Of a stretch of DNA of 64,000 nt, positions 62,057 through 64,000 are shown in pieces. The position numbers were made by a program, and so were the translations under genes. Each line of letters begins with the position of its first letter. Within the stretch, counting starts at the first letter, position 1. The stretch is from Gammaproteobacteria bacterium (GTDB lineage Bacteria > Pseudomonadota > Gammaproteobacteria > UBA4575). The stretch is taken from contig CBDCUI010000008.1 of assembly GCA_965222615.1 (NCBI GenBank), positions 1,024,001-1,088,000 on the forward strand. The letters run 5' to 3'. A model generated the notes under the pieces. It saw only the letters and a program-made list of their open reading frames with translations. It was not told where the DNA came from and searched no databases.

Positions 62057-64000
62057 ATGTTAATAGCTACTTTAAAAAAAGTGGTCATAACTTCTAAAGC
62101 CAAGAAGGTCTTGGCTTTTTGCGTATCTATGCTTGTATTTTTCTCGAGTACTTCTTATGCAAATTTACAGCAGCCTAAAGTTGTTAAAGATCTACATTAT
62201 GGAGAGGTACTGTTTCATTTTTATCAAGAAGACTATTTCACATCCATTGTACATCTTTTGGCGGCACGTGAATTGAATCGAGTATCTCACCATATACCGG
62301 AAGATGAGCTTTTACTTGGCGGTATCGATCTTTCTTATGGTTTACACAAAGAGGCATCTAGAATTTTCGATAAGCTATTGCAGGGGAATGTTACCGAAAC
62401 GATTAAAAATAGAGCCTATTACTTTCTTGCAAAAATATATTTTCAAAGAGGATATTTAAATGAAGCAGATGGGTTTTTGCAAAATATTCGAGGACCCGTC
62501 CAAGAAAATATATTTGGTGATTTGAAACTATTAATGGGCCAGGTATATCTCGCGCAAGGCAAGTACGACAATGCAATCTCCAGCTTGAGTAAGTGGAAAG
62601 GGCCTAAAGATTATCGCCAATATGCTGACTACAATCTTGGCATTGCCTTTACAAAAAAAGGAAACGTAGACAAGGGAATCGAATATCTAAAAGACGTAGG
62701 AAAGTCCAAAGCTAAAACTGAATCGATTCGTACCCTTAGAGATAAGGCCAACCTCGCTTCGGGTCTGGCCTTGATTCAAAACGATAGGCCGGTGGAAGCA
62801 ACTAAATATTTAGAAAAAGTGCGTCTACAGGGTTTGTACTCAAATATGGCGTTGCTCGGAATTGGCTGGGCCAATACAGAAGCGAATAAACATGATGCTG
62901 CATTAGGGCCTTTGATGGAGTTGCGTAATCGCAGTGCCTATCATCCTGAAGTACAAGAAGGAATTCTAGCGCTAGCGTATGCCTATAACGAAATGGGCTT
63001 AAGTGGCCGTGCCGTTAAGGCCTATGAGCGAGCTGCAGATATCTATTTAAATGAAGCACAAGAACTTGCGACCTCGGCAAAAGTGATAGAAGAAGGCGCT
63101 TTGGTGAAGGCACTATTAGACCGTACCAAAGGTGGTCCACAAATGGGATGGTTCTGGTCTTTAAGAGAGATACCAGAAATACCCGAAGTCAAATATTTCA
63201 CAGAGCTTTTGGCTGAGCACGAGTTTCATGAAGCATTAAAAAATTTTCGTGATCTACTGTATTTAAAAAAGAACTTGGAATATTGGCACGAAAATATCCC
63301 GATCTTTATGACGATGTTGGATACAAGAAAAGCAAGATATGAAAAGTATTTGCCATTAGTTAAAAAAAGGCTAAATGAACTAGATATTAGCCAATTACAA
63401 AATTTACAAAACAATCTCACAAGCACGCTTGATGAAATTGAAAGAGGAAATGAATATCTACGGCTTGCTACGCCAGAGGAAAAACAAAAGCTTTTCCAAA
63501 TTGAAAATCTATCGGAAAAACTTGAATTGCTAGAGCAAAATGATCTTGAAAATGAGCAGCTAGTACAAATGCGCGAAAAACTTGCCTTAATGGAAGGCGT
63601 TGTGCATTGGCAAATACATAGCGAATATATCGCCAGGAAATGGGAGCACAGACAAGATGTAGATGGCATCGATCAACATTTATTGGTAACACCTGGAAAG
63701 AGTGTATCTATAAAAGAGGCGATAAATGAAAGCGTTAAAAATTTTGATGAATTTGAACTACGCATATTAGCATTACAAAAAGAAATAAAACGCCTTATTC
63801 CCATTGTAGATCGAGTATTTGAAAAGCAATCTCGATATTTAGAGCATGTAGCAGTTAAAGAGCTTAAACGTCGTGAAAATATATTGACCGGCTATGAGAA
63901 ACATGCACGATTTGCGCTGGCTTCTGCTTACGATCGAGCTGCATCATCTATAAATATGAATGACGAAGTTGCACCAAAAGAATCCAAGCAAAAGAAATCT
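62057..64000 (+). CDS. exported tetratricopeptide-repeat protein (3' end beyond window; absent from ORF track)
   Basis: ATG 62057 in frame with the window end; signal peptide, DLHYGEVLFHFYQ, TPR units such as AYYFLAKIYFQRG and YNLGIA. Confidence 0.88.
   Translation, partial: MLIATLKKVVITSKAKKVLAFCVSMLVFFSSTSYANLQQPKVVKDLHYGEVLFHFYQEDYFTSIVHLLAARELNRVSHHIPEDELLLGGIDLSYGLHKEASRIFDKLLQGNVTETIKNRAYYFLAKIYFQRGYLNEADGFLQNIRGPVQENIFGDLKLLMGQVYLAQGKYDNAISSLSKWKGPKDYRQYADYNLGIAFTKKGNVDKGIEYLKDVGKSKAKTESIRTLRDKANLASGLALIQNDRPVEATKYLEKVRLQGLYSNMALLGIGWANTEANKHDAALGPLMELRNRSAYHPEVQEGILALAYAYNEMGLSGRAVKAYERAADIYLNEAQELATSAKVIEEGALVKALLDRTKGGPQMGWFWSLREIPEIPEVKYFTELLAEHEFHEALKNFRDLLYLKKNLEYWHENIPIFMTMLDTRKARYEKYLPLVKKRLNELDISQLQNLQNNLTSTLDEIERGNEYLRLATPEEKQKLFQIENLSEKLELLEQNDLENEQLVQMREKLALMEGVVHWQIHSEYIARKWEHRQDVDGIDQHLLVTPGKSVSIKEAINESVKNFDEFELRILALQKEIKRLIPIVDRVFEKQSRYLEHVAVKELKRRENILTGYEKHARFALASAYDRAASSINMNDEVAPKESKQKKS

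Noticed and set aside
63226-63692. Minus-strand ORFs in the track (and similar short antisense ORFs elsewhere)
   Set aside because: Shadows of longer genes on the opposite strand; no motifs.

Overview
A 64-kb AT-rich bacterial chromosome segment. Gene content points to a gammaproteobacterium, probably a sulfur oxidiser (oxidative-type sat, CbbO/NorD-like vWA protein). Most of it is housekeeping and envelope genes: a PAS-GGDEF-EAL protein, an ECF sigma/anti-sigma pair, fadBA, msrB, rhombosortase, dsbB, a metX-family acyltransferase, gltA, two Moco loci (mobBA/moeB and moaA/moaB/moaE/moeA), a ydbH/ydbL-like pair, prc, yjgR and tandem DUF4139 paralogues. It also holds one complete IS481 and two apparent pseudogenes. 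The most interesting region is 53.3-64 kb, a co-oriented envelope redox cluster. It encodes ApbE flavin transferase, a ~976-aa hydrazine-synthase-alpha-like lipoprotein with three CxxCH motifs, a Cys-rich CX4CH lipoprotein, two outer-membrane beta-barrels, a TlpA thioredoxin, DUF4266, a DUF3570 barrel with a flavinylation motif, and a large TPR protein missing from the ORF track. Non-coding signals found by eye are four ERIC-like palindromic elements with compensatory base changes, a candidate ~60-nt sRNA with two anti-Shine-Dalgarno loops, and a multi-hairpin leader upstream of sat. All family assignments come from motif recognition, not database searches.
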